A stretch of DNA of 50,742 bases, taken from NCBI GenBank assembly GCA_002269645.1, contig NIVC01004318.1, positions 1-50,742 of the forward strand. Direction: 5' to 3'. This document shows positions 47,503 to 50,742 of this stretch, in pieces. The notes beneath the pieces were generated by a model. That model searched no databases, was not told where the DNA came from, and worked only from the letters and a program-made list of their open reading frames with translations. A program made the position numbers and the translations under genes. Source of the DNA: Macrostomum lignano. Taxonomy: Eukaryota. Positions within the stretch are counted from its first letter, which is position 1. Every line of letters begins with the position of its first letter.

Positions 47503-48354
47503 TATAAGTACATTGCATAGGTGTAACACGCAGGCAAGTCAGCGATGTACATAGAGAGAGAGCGAACGTACATCAATTAAAAGCGATACAATTATTCAGC
47601 AAAATATCTGTAATAGTTCAATGCTACTATTTTAGTAACTGTCACTAAGACAAGGAATAAAATCATCACATAAAGTCCATTGGCAGCCGTTTTAAGCCTC
47701 TCACTTGCTCATTAAACAGAAGTGGCCGTACATGTAGACTATAGGACTGAGGAGCAGAAAAGCTAGAATATGGATGATCCCTAGAAGATAGGGATGGCTT
47801 GGGCCATAGCCTTTAGAACTGAGGAGCAGAAGAGCCTGAGAATAGGGGCTGATTTAGGGACTCGAAAATAGCTGAATCAAAGCTGCTAAGAGTTCGCGCA
47901 GAAAGTTCTAAAGTTATGCGTAGCCCCCCTCAGCCTACAAAGTTTGTTTTACTTTTAGTTTGCAACCAAGCGATAGACAAAAATTTGTCTAATGACTCAA
48001 AGCGAGGAAAACCGCTGTTTGATGAGCGTTGGCAAAATAAATTATTAGTAATCCATAATTCAGAATGGTAATATTTGAGTAAATACTAAAATTTTTTAAC
48101 TAGACTACAGCAAAATTGAAAAAAATCACTTAGCTTTTTTGGAGCTGAGCAAAATGTGAGTAACGGCACCGTTTCTTAAAATTTGATCTAAATAACATTT
48201 AAAACATTGGTTAAAACAGGTTCATGCTTTTCAAATAGGAAACAATCATTTATAATAATAAATTTACAATAAATAACAAACAATAACAATAAATTTTTTA
48301 ATCAAAAGTAATGATTTTAATAAAAAGTCAAAACAAGTCAAATCGAATTCAAAG

Positions 48355-50048
48355 TCAATGTTTCATCTGCATTTTAGCCAGAGCACTTGCAACATCCAAG
48401 ACAGGTTGTGGCTGCTGCTCTATATGCTTCTGTGGGATCTCCATGGTAAATTTCGGACGAAAATTTGGTCGATCTTCGAACAAACCATTAAACTTGGATT
48501 CGCATTTTTTGAAATTGTCATAGCACCATTGATGCACAGATGTTTCATTCGTATCTTGCTGTTTAATACGAATTTCTAGATCAATTTCTTCCGCGTTAAG
48601 CTTGTCTAGGCTAAATTGAAGACTCGCTGTGCAAGGTTGTCCGGTTTGAGTGGCAAGTGTGTTTAGGTCGTGCAGATGACACTCAATGGTACTCCGTAGA
48701 TTACGCATATTAGCGTCGTTAAATTCCGTTCCAGTAATTTTAAAGAAAATTGCAGGATCGGTACGCGGGATGCTACGGCCGATAGAAGGATCTTCTGAGA
48801 CTGTAGGCACGGCAGGAGGAATGTCGGGTCGGGCCTCATTATTTGCAGCAACCGGACGCCGAGGAACATTCGGTCCATATAAGGGTTCCCAATCTTGAAT
48901 ATTCATGTCATTCAGAATGCCTTTCAGTTCTTCATTAGCTTTCTGGGCACTGATTCTCTCTGAGGGACCCTTCGTCAACAATTTTTCAAGCAGGCTCCTA
49001 GTTCTCCGCCGACATTCTTCATTAAATGCATCAGAGCCTTCAAATGTGCACATATTTAGATATAGCACTTTCCAACCCTCACTGAAGAATTCCAATTTAG
49101 TCTCAACCGATTCATCACTCTCTATAGGATCTTCGACGTCGTCAGATCTTCCAATTTTATTAGGATGAGATCGAAACAGTGACTCAATGCAGACCATACC
49201 AAAGGAATAACAGTCCGCAGCAGTAGTGTAATCTTCACCGTTGGCAACTTCTGGAGCTCTCCAATAAGGAGTTCCGACGCCCCTGGTCATTGGCTGTTCT
49301 ACTGGCTTGCTGATACCAAAGTCTGAAAGCTTGCAGTTTCTTCCTTCATCAAACAGCAAAATGTTACAGCCTTTTAGGTCCCTATGAATGATATTATGCA
49401 TTTTGCCTTCGAATTGAATTCCGCCGTGCAGGTAAGCCAACGCATCAGCGATTTGTTGCATGAAACGAATAAAATGGCCAAAGGAGTAGGGGCCATCAGG
49501 TACAGTGGCAACACTTGTGTCTAACAATAAATTATAAAGGTTGCGGTCGGCAAGCTCCATCAGAAACAGCGGTGTGTAAGATTCAAGTTCATCGGAATAT
49601 CCCATAAACTTCCAAGCAGAGACAATTCTCTTGTGCGCTTCATTAGTGGGGGGACTTGTGCGCTTCATTAGTTTGGGGGACTTGTGCGCTTCATTAGTTT
49701 GGGGGGACTTGTGCGCTTCATTAGTTTGGGGGGACTTGTGCGCTTCATTAGTTTTGGGGGATTTAAAACTGCTCAGAAGCTTGTATTCACGACGGAATAT
49801 TTGTAAGTCTTTAGCTACATCACTAGCTGATCTAATTTGATTTTTTGCGAACGACTTTATAGCCAATTTGATTGTTTCACGAGAACCATTATTATTATAT
49901 TTTACGAAGCAAGAGAATACTCCGTGACGTGTGTTGATAGGTTCGATCGTTTCTTTTAAAACTTCGATGTCGGAATTCGACCCCATTGTAACTGCAGTTT
50001 TAAACTTGTTCAATAGAGTGCTTCGAAATTTTAAATCTTCGAGATTCT
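48355..50048 (-). CDS. Ser/Thr protein kinase (TKL-like) with a C-terminal domain of unknown function; probably the last exon of a longer gene
   Basis: LAIK, alphaC FRRE, HRDLKGCNILL, DFG, GVGTPYWRAPE and ADCYSFG are present; the Gly-loop is degenerate (RHGVFS). The frame is open up to a ttttgctcctcag acceptor (exon start 50048, phase 1). First in-frame ATG is at 49986. Confidence 0.9.
49630..49761. repeat. 27-nt coding minisatellite (KSPQTNEAH, 5 units) inside the kinase domain
   Basis: Units of 27, 27, 27, 26 and 25 nt in coding order, differing in T/G homopolymer length. Confidence 0.95.
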
Positions 50049-50211
50049 CTGAGGAGCAAAAGGTTCAGTTATTTATTTAATTAAAAAAACTAGACCTATC
50101 TTTAAAAAACTAGTGAACTATTCGATGAAAAATATATGTATCGGTAAAAAAGGATGATATATTAAAATAATACGATGACATTCAAAACTTTGGGGAAAAG
50201 TTATCTGCGCG

Positions 50212-50467
50212 GATCTGGGAGGCTGGCCCAGCAACTGAGGATCTGGGAGGCTGGCTCAGCAACTGAGGATCTGGGAGGCTGGCCAGCGACTGAGGATCTG
50301 GGAGGCTGGCTCAGCAACTGAGGATCTGGGAGGCTGGCACAGCAACTGAGGATCTGGGAGGCTGGCTCAGCAACTGAGGATCTGGGAGGCTGGCCCAGCA
50401 ACTGAGGATCTGGGAGGCTGGCCCAGCAACTGAGGATCTGGGAGGCTGTCCGAGCAACTGAGGATCT
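50212..50467. repeat. 28-nt minisatellite (ctgggaggctggcccagcaactgaggat)n, copy 3
   Basis: About 9 units, probably in the intron upstream of the kinase exon. Confidence 0.96.
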
Positions 50468-50742
50468 CGGAAGCGGTAGCCTGGTAACTGGGAATCTGAT
50501 AGGAAAACCCATAAACTTGTAGATTTTAATAACTACACTGGCTAGTAATAGAATCTCCTAAAAAAGCACCGAAGAAACAAGTAATTATAGAGAAATTCTT
50601 AATCTTACTTGCATTTATATTATTGATAAAATAACCCTTACAACCTTAAATTATCTTGCAACTATGATTTAAATAAATCGTACGTACAAGTCGGAGGTAA
50701 AAGAAATGACAATAATCGTGACGTATTCTAAGAAACACTGCA

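Overview
Eukaryotic (metazoan) genomic DNA with spliceosomal introns. The minisatellite-stuffed introns and gene content are compatible with a free-living flatworm such as Macrostomum (inference only). By manual splicing I recover nine protein-coding loci. On the + strand: the 3' exon of a glycine-rich-domain (ALK/LTK GRD-like) gene, 231-716. On the - strand: a NIT-domain guanylyl cyclase (5 exons, one GC-AG intron), an orphan type-I membrane protein, a divergent TRPV-like channel, a 13-exon nidogen-like gene (~1688 aa) with an unexpected Ig domain in its EGF rod, TUBGCP4 (5 exons, ~655 aa), a stand-alone 2H-phosphoesterase, TVP23, and a protein kinase with a 27-nt minisatellite inside its catalytic domain. 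The GRD, orphan and TRPV loci are broken by single-base indels that nearly all sit in short homopolymers, which suggests consensus errors rather than pseudogenes. Most long introns are filled end to end by a minisatellite, usually a different one per intron, and one 28-nt family occurs at three unlinked sites. The window also holds a foldback-like inverted array, MITEs and tRNA-derived SINEs (one CORE-like). No CRISPR, rRNA or intact tRNA was found. Most long ORFs in the supplied track over repeats are artefacts. Exon boundaries were derived by hand; repeat boundaries are approximate.
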